Positions 1 through 13,200 of a stretch of DNA of 64,000 bases are shown here, in pieces; position 1 is the first letter of the stretch; each line of letters starts with the position of its first letter. This stretch comes from a virus. The notes under the pieces are model-generated. The model ran no database searches, had not been told where the DNA came from, and saw only the letters and a program-made list of their open reading frames with translations. The position numbers were made by a program, and so were the translations under genes. Where the stretch lies: the IMG/VR virus record IMGVR_UViG_3300037042_003896, positions 35,684 to 99,683 of that record. The stretch is one strand, 5' to 3'.

Positions 1-3000
1 TCATCAATTTGTGTTGCTAAGATTTCTGCATTGGTATTTCCTCTTCCTATTCTTGGTTTACCACTTTCATCAGATACTATATTTCCTTTTTCTACAATGA
101 TATGGTCTTTGTTTCTTTCCACTTCTAACAATGTTAAAAGAGGAAGTTCCATATCTACAGATGCTTGATATTCATACAATGATTTTATCCATAGTGGCCC
201 CACCATTGTAAGATCTTGTGAGAGTTGATTAACAGCTTTATCTGTTCTTGTAAATAATTTAGGTATCACCCTCTTTATTTGTCCTGTCTCCTTGTCTAAT
301 TTAGAATAAGAATGCTCCTCATTTATCCTTACAGAATACAAATCCTTAAACATATCAGAAGCCTCTTCCAACATATTATCAGAAGCTCTTAACTTTTGAA
401 TCATTGTAGCTTCTATTAAAGCAAAAAATGAAGACTTTCCATAGGACAAATATCCCATTTCAATAGCTTTCTGATTTAACTCTGTAAGAAATTCCCACAT
501 ATCAAGAATAGCTTTATCCTTTGCCATTTCCTTATAGCTCTCTGAAAGATGTTCATCAGCTTTCATTGTTAGGCGATATATCCTGTTGAAAGTACCATTG
601 GTATATCCATTAAAAGCTTTACTTTCAATAGAAAGAGCATTCTTTATTTTCTCTTTTTCATATGTCTTTCTCTCTTCATTATCTCTGTCATCAGAAGAAT
701 AATGTGTGTCTTCAATTATTTCATTCTGTTTTGTAATTACCTCTTGTGCTAATTTCTTATATGCTTCAAGGTTTAAATTTTCAAGGAGGAATGCTTTATT
801 CTTCTCCTGTTGAGCTTTTGAGAGCTCATTTAAAAACTCTTTATCAACCTTTTCATGTAATAAAAATTCATTATCTTTAATTTTTGCTATTAAATTGAAA
901 GCACTTTTTCCTTTTGCCCTGGCTACATTCTCTAAGGCTAACAGTAATGTTCCAAATCTTTTTGTTTCTTTCTCAACAAGAATATTAGTTTCCCCTCTTT
1001 TATTCAGAATATAATTTGTAGCTATGTTTATTATTTTTGAAGAAAGGAGAGAAGCTTCTGATAGCATTCTGTAAAATCCTCCTATTTCTTTCTCTGGTTC
1101 AAGAATATTTAATTTATTTTCTTCATTTGTTATACCTTCAATAAGAGCAAATTGAACAGCATATTCCTTCTGTAAGTCTACAATATCCTCCAACATTACA
1201 TCTGTTGCTCCTGCAATACTTCTTAATGTAGTAAGGATTTCTCTCCCTTTCTCATCAAGTGTATTTTTAGGGTAGTAAGAAAGAAATACCTTATCCAAAG
1301 AAGCAAACTTCTCAGCACTCTTTTTAAATTCAAGAAGTTCAGCTAATTTTTTATTAATATCCTTTTGAGACATAGTAGAATAATCCACATTACTTAATGT
1401 ATCTAACACTTTCTTGGCATTTTTCAGAAATGTTATACCAACATTAGCTAATGGTTCAAAACCCATTTTCATTCTTAACACCCTAATAGCTTTTGAGAGT
1501 TCTGTTAATTGCCCTTTCTTTATATCCTTTTCTAAAGGAGAAACAGGCATCTTTGCAAGCTTCTCATAATACATATCAAGAGATGTAACAAGAGCATCTA
1601 TCTTCTCACTTCCTGTAGATTCTATATCTGTAGGGACAGGAAGTAGGTAAAGATGCGTTTCTTTCATGTTATCCAAATCACCTATTTCAATAGATGTAGC
1701 ATACAACACCTTTTCTTTACTTTTGGTCTTCCTGTATTCATAATTCATTTGGAAAGGAATCATCCTGGCTTTCCTAATCTGTTTAGAGGTAACTCCATAC
1801 TCTCTATCCATTTTAGAATACTCACCCATTTGCGGTTTCCAATCCTTTTGTTTATACCAAGGAACATCTTCTTCATGCTCTTTATTAATATTCATGAATT
1901 TCCAATCAAGAGTATCAATCCTAAAATCTTTTCCATCAGGTGTGGGTTCTATTGCTTTAAAATCCACTGTAGAAGCTAATAGTCCTTTTTCTTTTTCATT
2001 TATCACCTTTAATTCAACAAGAAATCTTGTTCCCTTTGGATAACTTCTTATTAATTCTCTGTTAAATGCTTTGAGTTTATCCGTTATTTCTTCATCCAAA
2101 GGACTATTAATCTTTTCATCCAAGAACACTTCCCTTGCATATCCATCCTTATCAATAAGATTAACAGCTATATCATTCTCAATAAAAGCATGTCCTGCTA
2201 ATCCCCAATCTCTTTTTTGATTATCATCTAATAATTGAGCGGGAGTTCTCTCAGGCATTTTATTACTTGCCTTAGTTTTTTCTGTTACACTTCTTGCTAC
2301 TTCTTTACCATCAAAAGTATAATGTCTTTTTTTAATCACCTTACCTGAACTATCTGTTTCTTCAAGAAAAGGACCACCTATTCTCGCTTCCTTCTCCCTA
2401 TAGATATTATACATCCTATCTACAGCTTCATTCTTTTCTATTTGGTAATATATTCCTTCTTCTTGTTGCTCCTTTGGAGCAGTTGGTTGAAATGATGTTC
2501 TATTTTTCCATATATACCCACCACTTTCTGATTGATTATATCCTTTATCTTTTGAATTTATAATAGGCAGTTGTAATTTATCAGCAATAGCCTGATAAAT
2601 ATATTTAGTTAACCCTTTACCTTGATATTCTTTAGGGAGTCTTATGTTTCCTACTATAATTTCATCATTATTAATGACAATATTCATTTCTCCTAATCCA
2701 GGAGTACCATCTTGACTTGTTATTTCTTTTCCTTTATAAGAAATAATAATATTTTGTACTAACCCAAACTCTCTTTGAATATTTCTTCCAAGTGAAATTG
2801 TTATTCCATTATATTTATTAATATTACCTTCCATTACTCTTTCAGCAGCAACATTAAATATGTCAATGTTTGTTTTCCTATATTGTCCTCTAAACCAATC
2901 AAGAATATTCTCCCACCATTGTTTAACAAGGTTTCTGTTTTGTTCTTCCATTAACTCAGGAAATTCTGTTGTATTTTCATTGTTATTAATAATTAATTCA

Positions 3001-4235
3001 GCAATGAGTTTATCCACTGCTTCTTTTTTTATCTTTCTTATATCAGGTTTACCATCTATTGTTTTATATTTTCCTTTATACGCCTCATACACTTGTTTGT
3101 AAATAGCAAATCTTTCAATTTTACTAATCATTTCTGTCACAAATTTAGGAGATATTTGTTCCAAAATACTTGTAGCAATATGAACCATTTCCTCTGTTAA
3201 GGTTGTATTCTCTCTTCCTTCTGATAGAGCAATTATTCCTTTAACAATATCAGCCAAACCATTAATTCCCTTTGTATTAACATTAGGATTATTTTTTACA
3301 TATTCAGAAAGTGCTTGAATACTAATACCCATTTTAGCACAGGCTTCTTTCACCTTTGCTATTGTATCAGGAGAGGCTATAGAAGCAGGAACATCCTCTG
3401 CTTGATTATAAATGTTATTATCTTCTTGAGAGTATGTTCCTTGATTAAATACAGATTTTATTTGATTAGGGGAAAATACAACATAACTTGTACTACCAGG
3501 GTCTTCTGAAAAATTAATATAAGAATACCCATAATTAGCAATTCCTTTTTTACTTAATAGTTCTTTTACATAACTATTAAAAATTTCTTGAGCATAATCT
3601 AAATAGTATTCTAATCTATTTATTTGTGTTGCAGCATTATAAACAGCAAGACTACTCTTTACTTGTTGAATTACTGGAATTTTTAACCATTCACTACTAG
3701 GTAAAGTTTCATTTGCTTTTCTTATTTCTGCAGTAATTCTATTATACTCATCATCTATTGAATCTACTCCATATATTTCCTTTTCAGTTACTCTTTTATT
3801 TTTAACTAAATCATCTGCTATTTTACCAGCAAAATGCATGTTATCTGTATTAATATCTGTATTACGAGTATTTAAAAACACAGGATGAACATTTGATGAA
3901 CCTCTTTGTGTTGCTGCAGCTTTTGTTCCAAAATGAAAAACAGGTTCTCTTCTAATTTCAAATGTAGTAATAGGACTATCACTACCATGATAAACTAATA
4001 AAGGTTCTCCATTTTCATCTACCACTTTACTTGCATCTGAAGGAGAATTTTCCCAATCACCAAACCATTCTTTAAAAGAAGGAGTGTACACTTGTGCCCA
4101 AAATTTTAGTGCCTCCTCTTTATTTGGCTGAAGAGCAAGAATACTATTATAGAGAAAACTTTCTTTTCCATTAGGAGCATTTACTCTTTCTATTTCTTGT
4201 GTTTCTTTATTCCTGATGATAGAACAATGTGCCAT
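1..4235 (-). CDS. Large virion cargo polyvalent protein, truncated by window start (>1400 aa): ART-PolyVal-like ADP-ribosyltransferase, degenerate zincin, GNAT, PD-(D/E)xK nuclease-like domain, helical region
   Basis: Not in ORF track because it has no stop in the window. Translated by hand from ATG 4235 (TAATG overlap with RNAP stop): MAHCSIIRNK...TPSFKEWFGDW..SKVVDENGEPLLVYHG..FHFGT..SYVVFSPNQIKS; TLTEEMVH; PKEYQGKGL; TVDF..TLDWKF..QMGEY; frame still open at position 3. Confidence 0.85.
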   Translation of the reverse strand, partial: MAHCSIIRNKETQEIERVNAPNGKESFLYNSILALQPNKEEALKFWAQVYTPSFKEWFGDWENSPSDASKVVDENGEPLLVYHGSDSPITTFEIRREPVFHFGTKAAATQRGSSNVHPVFLNTRNTDINTDNMHFAGKIADDLVKNKRVTEKEIYGVDSIDDEYNRITAEIRKANETLPSSEWLKIPVIQQVKSSLAVYNAATQINRLEYYLDYAQEIFNSYVKELLSKKGIANYGYSYINFSEDPGSTSYVVFSPNQIKSVFNQGTYSQEDNNIYNQAEDVPASIASPDTIAKVKEACAKMGISIQALSEYVKNNPNVNTKGINGLADIVKGIIALSEGRENTTLTEEMVHIATSILEQISPKFVTEMISKIERFAIYKQVYEAYKGKYKTIDGKPDIRKIKKEAVDKLIAELIINNNENTTEFPELMEEQNRNLVKQWWENILDWFRGQYRKTNIDIFNVAAERVMEGNINKYNGITISLGRNIQREFGLVQNIIISYKGKEITSQDGTPGLGEMNIVINNDEIIVGNIRLPKEYQGKGLTKYIYQAIADKLQLPIINSKDKGYNQSESGGYIWKNRTSFQPTAPKEQQEEGIYYQIEKNEAVDRMYNIYREKEARIGGPFLEETDSSGKVIKKRHYTFDGKEVARSVTEKTKASNKMPERTPAQLLDDNQKRDWGLAGHAFIENDIAVNLIDKDGYAREVFLDEKINSPLDEEITDKLKAFNRELIRSYPKGTRFLVELKVINEKEKGLLASTVDFKAIEPTPDGKDFRIDTLDWKFMNINKEHEEDVPWYKQKDWKPQMGEYSKMDREYGVTSKQIRKARMIPFQMNYEYRKTKSKEKVLYATSIEIGDLDNMKETHLYLLPVPTDIESTGSEKIDALVTSLDMYYEKLAKMPVSPLEKDIKKGQLTELSKAIRVLRMKMGFEPLANVGITFLKNAKKVLDTLSNVDYSTMSQKDINKKLAELLEFKKSAEKFASLDKVFLSYYPKNTLDEKGREILTTLRSIAGATDVMLEDIVDLQKEYAVQFALIEGITNEENKLNILEPEKEIGGFYRMLSEASLLSSKIINIATNYILNKRGETNILVEKETKRFGTLLLALENVARAKGKSAFNLIAKIKDNEFLLHEKVDKEFLNELSKAQQEKNKAFLLENLNLEAYKKLAQEVITKQNEIIEDTHYSSDDRDNEERKTYEKEKIKNALSIESKAFNGYTNGTFNRIYRLTMKADEHLSESYKEMAKDKAILDMWEFLTELNQKAIEMGYLSYGKSSFFALIEATMIQKLRASDNMLEEASDMFKDLYSVRINEEHSYSKLDKETGQIKRVIPKLFTRTDKAVNQLSQDLTMVGPLWIKSLYEYQASVDMELPLLTLLEVERNKDHIIVEKGNIVSDESGKPRIGRGNTNAEILATQID

Positions 4236-7200
4236 TAGTTACATTTTTTAGATTCTACAGTTTTTTTAGCAATTACATTCTCTATTTCATTTGTATTCCA
4301 ATCATATTTATTAATTAGATAGTCTATTGCTGTTGCATGAGAGGGTTGATTTTCCTTATTAGCTTGTGTATTACCATAATAAATAGGTTTTCCTTTAAAT
4401 TCTCCTGACATTGCTTTTGCTCTCATCCAGACAGCTTGTGGCTCATTACTATTTAAGAAGAAATCAATAAAATCAATTACATTTTCTTTAGTAGTTTTAC
4501 CACTTGTATGAAAAGGATTTTCAAAAGATACTGGCATTTTAGTAGATTTATATGCTACTATAGCCTTTCCCCTCTTTTGTTCATCAGAATAAAGATAAGG
4601 TTTATCAACTATTTTAACATTTTCTGAAACTGTTTTATTCCCTAATTTAGAATATACTTCTTCTGCTACTCCCATACCTATTTGTTTTGGTTTATTTACT
4701 GAATTAGAATTTGATAACACCTTATCCAACTCTTGTCTCCAATTAGGATTAGCCATATTAATTGTAGGAATATTTTTTCTTCTTGCCATTTCTACAGCTT
4801 GTCCTGTACCTCCTTCTGGTCTTATACCTTTTGTTTCCTTAGCATAGAACAATACAAAATCTACAGGAGCATTTAAATTATCACCAAATACCTGATTAGT
4901 ATTTCTTGCCATAAGTTTTAACCCTCCCCCTTTTAAATATTCAGGAGCAGGATGTATTTCTTTAGCTATAGCTTGTTCTTTTGCTCTTGATCCTTGTTTT
5001 TCAGGAGAAAATAAGTTTTTCTTTTTTGTTCCATCATCAAATGCTTTATCAGCTCCTTCTTTTTTACCATAAAAAGTTACACCTGTATTCAATGTATACC
5101 CTTTACTTTCTAACTCGGTAGCTATCTCAGTCATTTGTGATAATACATTTTCAGGAGTTTGTCTGCTTCCTACTCCTGCATATGTCATAGTAGGCGTGTT
5201 GGATTTAGATGGTAATGCATTAAATAAAGGCATTCCTTCATATTGTGGATTTTCCATATTAGTTTTATTTTCATATAAAGGTAAGGATTTATTTGGATTT
5301 TTCCTATCATTCTTAGCAGCATAATCAAGAAACAAATCTATTATATCATGATTATCATGAGGATTGCTTTCCACCTTTATAAATCCATTATCAATAACAG
5401 ATTGTCTATCCTCTGTATAGAATTCGTTTGCTTTGTTTCCATTACCCCAAGCATTTGTTGCTTTGTATACAAAATATTCTGTACCCTTGTAATCCCTATG
5501 TATTAAAGCTGTACCAAAATCATCATACACTTTTTGAAATAGTCCTTTTTGTATATAAGAAAAGTCTCCTATTTTACGCATATAGGCTTTTTTCTTTGCT
5601 ATAGTGGAAAGTCCTTGCTTCTTATCTTTATTTGAAATAGAAATATCTTCCCAAGAATAAACAATAAAATCTGATTTAGCTTCTTTTGTTAATGTGGATT
5701 GTGTAAGCATTTGTGGAATATTTCCTGCTGTTGTAGCTTTCTTTACATTATCAGGAAGGAAAGCCATAGAAGGATTATATTTACCACCCTCTGTTTTGTA
5801 TTTAATATATTTTGCTTTAACGTGTGGAACAACATCATCATTGTTCCAATTGTTTCTTTGAAATACACCTAATTCATAAAACTGTTCCAGATTAGGAATC
5901 TTTTCTAAAGAAGAAAGTGTTTCATTATATATCTCTTCAAAATCTTCAAAAGGAATTACAGATGTAAATGATAACGTAGATTTAGAAAGTCCTGACTGTA
6001 ATACAGCAAGTCTAATAAGTCTGTCATAAAGTTTACTATCCTGGCTTTTTAAATAATCCCTAATCTCTCTGAATGCAAAGATAAGATTATTTTGGTCATA
6101 TACCTTATTCTGTAAACTTTTCACCTTAACATTTGTCACAGAAGCATTTCCTGCTTTATCTGAAGGAACAATTTGCATAAGATTAATAACAACATTATTA
6201 TGTAAAGAATGCCCTTTATGATCTTTTACATGCTGTATAAATGTTCCCACCTCTTTTGCTGCTCCTCCATTCTTAATAAGGAGGTCTGTTATTTCTTCAT
6301 TTAAAGCTGTATCTGTTTGAAGAGCATAATCAAATAAATCATTAACAGCTTTCTGAGCAAGTTTAACAAAATCATTATCATTCATTTGTATATAAGGGGT
6401 AATAACCTTTTCAATAATTCCTCTTACCCTTGGTTGATCTGATTTTAATATTTCTGCTAATGCATCTCTTAATGATTCTATTCTTGTTTTTAATGCCCCA
6501 ATAAATGAATTATCTAACAAGCCATCTACACCACTTATTATATTTCCATCTTTATCAACACTGCTTATAATAGTGCTCTGTGCTTTTTCAAGTTGTTTGA
6601 ATTTTTTGAACACTAAATAAGGATCATTAAATGTAGCTGTATCAAAGTTACTGCCCTGTGTAACCAAGAACATATGTTCAGCCATCTTAGCATATTTCAA
6701 AAACTCATCTAATATAAGCCTTTGATTAACTAATTCACTACTGTTCATATTAGCAACCTTCTTACCTACTAAATTCTTCAATGCACTCTTAGAAGGAATA
6801 GTAAATCCTTCTTTAGGAATTGTAATAGAAGAAGCATATTCACCTTTTACAGCTTTCACATATTTATCAATGAACAACCATGAATATCCTTCACTTTCAA
6901 TTGTTCTTAAATAATCCTGAATAATAGGTTGATTCATAAAGTATGCAACAGTATCTACAGGAACTCCAAGTTTAATAAGAAACAGATATGTGGAAGCAAC
7001 ATTAGGTGTAGCTCCAAGTTCCATAATCCAAGGTCCTTTTGATATATCAACATATCCATCAATAAACTGCCCTATAATATCAGATATATCCTGCCCATCG
7101 GCATTTTCTATCATAGACAATGTAGGAACAACTCTACCATCAACTGTAATTTTATTGTATTTATCAAATTTAATTTCAGCATCCCCTAACCAATGTCCAT

Positions 7201-10200
7201 CCTCTTTTACTAATGTAAGTTTGTTCTTATCAATAAAAATAGGTTGTCTTTGATTTAAGGAATGATTAGTTTGATTAACAGCAGCAATACCAATAGCATA
7301 TTTACCTGTTACAAAAGCATGTCTAAGTCTTGTCATAAAACCCATATCAAGCATATTATTGATATTGGTGTAATCAAACTTATGCCCAATAACTTTAATG
7401 GTAATTTCTTCAGCAAGGTCTTTTAATTGTGTTGCTGAGTTAGGTTGAATAAGCCTCTTATAATTCTTAGGATGAAGAACAAGAGTTTCACTACTTTCTA
7501 TGTATGCATTTTCAAGTGCTTTCTTTGTATTCTGTTTATTAAGAGAAAATCCACCAAATTCAGATAGAGAAGGAAGTCCTTGTATTTCTGCCATTTCCTC
7601 TGCTGCCTGTACATTTATTGATTCTTTTTCAGAATAATAGTCAGCTTTAACATTTGCTGATATCTGTTTTGATTGTTCTCCTATATCCTGTATAGTTTCA
7701 TTCTTACCTTCTCTAAACACTCTTAATGCTTCTTCCTTATATTCTTTAACATACTCTGAGGTTGCTCCTAACACTCTTAATTCTTCTTCATACAAAGAAA
7801 CCATAGATAATAAATCTTGGGTGTCATTAGGATGTTCATTTCTCTCTAATTTACGAAGTGTAAGAGCTAGATAATTTTCTATTTCTTGGGGGCCATTAAT
7901 ATCATTTATTAACATTGAATCTTTAAGTTTCCAATAATCTGTCTTTGTTTCTTTTGGAAGAACTCTAAAAATTTTACCACCTGCTTTAAACAGTTCTAAT
8001 ATATAATTATTCTGCATCTGAACATTCAGAACATAATCTACATCATTAAATAGTTCTGTATATTGAGAATACAATTCTTCTTTCTTTTCAGAAACAGCAG
8101 TTTTATAATTATTATTTATTTCATCTAATGTATTTTTAAAAGCATCTCTTAGTTCCTTTACTGCTCCTTTGGATAGGAAATTTTTATATTTCTTAACATC
8201 CTTCTCTACATTCTCTTTTACCCAATTATAATACCTTTTACCTACAGTAGAGTTTGTATCTGTTAGATAGTTAACTAATTCTAATCCATTCTTACCCTTG
8301 ATAACATTCTTTAAATACATAAAGAGTTTATCAATGTCAAAGTCAGCTCCTGTTTTCTCTACAAGAGCAGCAGGAACAACAACACTATCACCAAATTCCT
8401 TTGGAAGGAATTGTTTAATAACAAATGCTTCAATGGAATTCTGCTTCTGTGTAGGAATTCTATATGCCAATCCTGAAAGAATTTTCTGCCCTTCAGGTGT
8501 ATTATTTAAATAGTTTAAGAGCTCTTCATCTGAAAGGGGGCTATCAAACCATCTTCCTATCATTATCTCACATGTATTAGTTTTATTCTCTCCTTCTGAA
8601 TAGAATCTTAATACATCTGATGTATATCCTTTTTTACCTTTTATCTTAGTTAAACCAAATCTCTTTTCTTCAAAGAATAAAGAAGGAATTTGCACCTTAG
8701 AACCTCCTGGCATTTTCTGTGAAATCACTTCCCTATCTGCAATAGAATAAAGAATATTCCTTATTTGCTGATAAGCAGGTGTAGCTTCCAATACTGATTT
8801 CCCTTCTAAGAAAGATGTCAGTGCTTTACTGATATTATCAGTTACCTCTCTTTTGAGAATTTCATCCCTAAGCATCTCTCCTGTTTTGGAAAGATCAACA
8901 ATAGTGAATGTTCCATTCTCTTCTTTTATACCAAGAGTCTTTAGTAAGTTCTCATATCCCTTTTGTGTTAATTCTTCAAGAAGATTCTGATTGTTTATTA
9001 TTTCTTTATACAAAGGAGAAGCTTCTTTCTTTGCATCTTCTGAAAGTGCATACCAAGTTTTATATCTTTTATTAAAATTCTTTTCACTCTCATTAAAATC
9101 AACAGGAACTCCTGCTTCCATATAATCCATTGTAATAAGTTTGGTAATCTGACTACCTCTTGTTACAGAATTATCATCATGAGAAGGAACCTCTGCCTGA
9201 ATACTTAATATCTCAAAAGGTATCTTTACTATTCCTTTATATACTGTAGTAACAAAATTGCCATTAGCATCATATACAGGAGATAATTGTTCTGCTCCTA
9301 CCTTTCTACCTGTTTCAAACACCATATAATCTATCTTCTCATTTTGCATTTTATTATAGAGAGTAATAGCATTTGAACTTTCTTTACTTCCAGCTTTATT
9401 TACACTCTTCATCATCCTATAAGAAAGAGGATAGAGAGCGTATTTATCCATTACTACATCATTGTAATTCCTCTTATTAGCTTTGTTACCCCTGGCAATA
9501 GGTTTTAATGGTGTATAAGCACTTTGTATCATTGGATTTCCTTTATCAAGAATATCATTCTCTTCTAAAGAAAATTCTAAACCTTTATCATTCTTCTCCC
9601 AAGCAACATCATACCTATATTGAGCTTCCTCATTATCGTTCCATTCTCCTGCTCTTATCCTGAAATTCCTGTAAGCACCAAAAGTGATAATACCACTACC
9701 ATTTGTTTCTTCATATTCCTTATAATCAGGAAGGTCTATTATACCAATAACATCAGCAAAGGTTCCTGTTGAGAAATAAGGTTTTGTAAAATCTGTATAT
9801 CCAATATCCCCTTTGTTAAATCCTTTATTCCACACCTTATTATAAGCTGCATTCATTTTAGGATCATTTACCAAAGGTTGTGCAGGAGAATTAAATGGTT
9901 TTACACGCTTTAGTTCATCCCAATATTGATAAGGATCTGAATAAATAATTTTATGCATTTCAATATTGGCAATTATGAAATTAATAGACAATGCTTTTAA
10001 ATGTCCATTTAATTCATTTTCTGTCATGTTTTCAGGAAGATTGATGTTTTCAGCAACCCATCCTGTTTCCTCTTGTTTAAGAATATTAAACCTTTCTAAA
10101 AGCCATTTTAAATTGTTAGTTTTCTTAGTGATGTATTTATCAAGAGCAGTGTTAATTCTGCTTTCATATTTAGTATACACATCTTCAATAGATTCTGTTT

Positions 10201-13200
10201 CAGCTATAATATCATTGTGTAATTTCTCCCCAAGGATTTCTTTGAAGAAACGTAATTCCTTTGCTAATTTTTTATCCCTATGTCTATCAAGAGGTCTTTT
10301 ATCTCTTGCAAGTGCAAGTTCTGCTTTGAAATACTCACCAAATATTCTATTAACACCTACCATTCCTTTTGATAGATTTGATGTTGTAATAGGATTGCCC
10401 ATATTAATCATCCATTCTGTTGTAGCATCGGCAGGAATAAGATTCAAAAACCAACCTTTAAGGTTTAAGTTTATTCCCTGTATAATTCTTTCAGGATAAG
10501 AGAGTTTAGAGGATTGTTTTTGTTTTCCTTTTACACTATTAATAATACCACTAACATAGCCCACTTTCAGGAGATTCTCACTACCTATATCTGTTCTTCT
10601 TTCTCCACTAGGCTTAAACATTCTTTTTAACACATCAGAACCCTGTGCAAAAACATCTGTTAATAAATAAGCATATTGTGTTCCTTTAAGTTCATTAAGA
10701 TTATCTATTTGTGAAAGCACATCATACAAATCACTAGGAGCATTAGTTCCTATGAAGGATTGTGTTCTATCTCCTGTTACATTGAAATATGTACTATCAA
10801 ATTCAGGATGTGTAAGAGAAGCTTTCAATAAAGCTAATTCAAGAAGTCTGTTATTGATTTCTAACACCTTTCCTGAGAACATAGCAATTTCATCTGTATT
10901 AGCTATACTAGCTTTTATGCCATCTACAGTTTCTTTAAACTGTTGGAATTTATTTAAATTCTTTGAAAAGCTGTTTATCTCTTTTAATGTAAATGATATT
11001 CCCAATTTAGAAAGAAACATCACTCTCTTTTCATTTGTATTTAAATCAATATCCTTTACCTTAGCAGGAACACCTACATATTTCTTCTTAGCTTTATCAT
11101 ATTTATAAAATCCTTTTCCCTCTTTAGCGAAAAGAATAATAGAATGAATGTATTCACTTTTTAATTGTGCTGCTGCTGTTGAAAGATTTGCATCTCCTAC
11201 AACCACTTCACCATTCTCAAGAATGAATACATTTTGTACAGAAGGATTCTGTTTCTTAAATGTTTTCCAAAAAGTGCTTATTAATTGTAATCCATGTGTT
11301 GTTTCTATTTTAGTGAAATCAACCCCTTTATCCACCCAATCGGTCTTAGTAAGACGTTTGTATAGAGTGCGGTAATTGGGATTAACTACAGCCATATCAC
11401 GCAGTCTGGAAAACATTTCTTCAAGTCCTCTTGATGTATGAACATTATTCATTATAGCAACATAGGTTTCACTCATAGGAATAAGTTTATACCCTCCTAT
11501 AGATGATAATTCTGCTACCTCTTCACTATTTTCATCAAGATATACCTTTGGCATTGTAGCCAATAATAGTTTTATAGCTGCATTAGTTTTCTTAAAATTA
11601 TCAATTTTTGTTGCATCCTGATAATTATCCCTTCCTGTATTATTTTCATCAGTAAGCTGAAGGGTATCATTCTCATCAAATTCAATTGAATAGCCTCTTA
11701 AGAATTCTTCATGTTTTGCTACAATAGACTCCCACTGCTTATCTACAAGCTTCATTAGGTTGGTATACTTATCTATTGTAGGTTTTGCTTGTTTTAATGT
11801 TAATGTTTCATTTTCAACAAGACCATAAGCAGCCACCACCTTATTTGCTATTGTCTCAAGGATTTCGTTTTTAAGTTTTGAATAAAGTTCTGTTTTATTT
11901 AATGTAGGAAGTGTAAAAAGTCCTTTATCTGTAGCCACTAAATCAACTAATGTTAGATAGGTCATTTCTTCCACTATCTCCATTTTTTCAATATCTGTTA
12001 TGGCTACAACACTTAATTCATCAGCTTCTGTAAAATAAGCATCTTCTATATCTATTATTCCTTTTGATGCATATGATAATGCTGTTTCTAAAGGAATATT
12101 GTTTTTATATCCTCCTGTGTTTATTTTATTAAATAACTCTTCTGTAAGGGAAGAGAAATTCTCTTTTCCAAACCAGCCTTTTACTAAATTAACAATATCA
12201 GAAAACAGCTTTAGAATAAATGGTCTTCCATCAACAGGTTTCTGAGGAATCTTTTTGTTAACCCTGTAGTCTCTAAATTCTTCTGCAAGTTGTTCTTTAA
12301 TTTGACTTGGTGTTGCTTCAGAGTATTTAATAGTCTTTCCTGTAGGTCTATCAGTGAATGTACCTTTTCTACTTTTAAATTCATTTTCAATACTTGCTCT
12401 TTCTTCAGGAGAAGATATTAACTTCCAAACAGCTTCAAATACTTCATGATATACTGTTCCTACTTCTGCTTGCTCATAAATATATAATGCCCCATTCTTA
12501 AGCATTCCCCAGGCTTTTCTGTCTCCACCTATTTCACTGATAATATTTTTTACTCTATACAGAGGAAGATTAGGAAAATTAGTTTTAATCCATTCTTCAA
12601 TTTCTGCCCAATTTTCAATTTTAATATCTTTAATTTCCTTTTCTAACATTTCTCTTAGAATAGGTTTTTGCTTATTCTTATTCTTTAAAGCATTATTAAT
12701 TGCTTCATTTACAGCATCACTATTTTCTTCATCATCTGGTATTTCAAATGCCTCTTCATCTATTTTCTTCTCTACATTAACAATAGCAGTTTCTTCAGCT
12801 TCTTCATCTTCCTCACCTATAACAAACACTTCTTCACTTTCCATATTAGATGCTTTTCCTAATTGAGGAACAATAGCATCATATATAGTGCGTTTAATAA
12901 GTTTCTGTGCTTCTTCTGTTACTTGTTTTGGTGTAAATTTAGGATTTGCTTCCTTCACCCTATCAGAAACATTTGCAAAAATAGTTTCAAGATCTGCTCC
13001 CTGTAATACAGAAATAACCTTCATGAAATTACTTTCATTTATATTAGCAGGAGCTCCAAACAATATAGACAATCCTGTTTTAGGAGATGTGTATGTATTG
13101 GTAGTTTTACCATCTAATATAAACTTTCCACCTGTGAGTTTTACTGTAGCTTTAGTGTTGTATTTTGATGGAATTAAATCAGCAGCTTCTATAAATTCTT

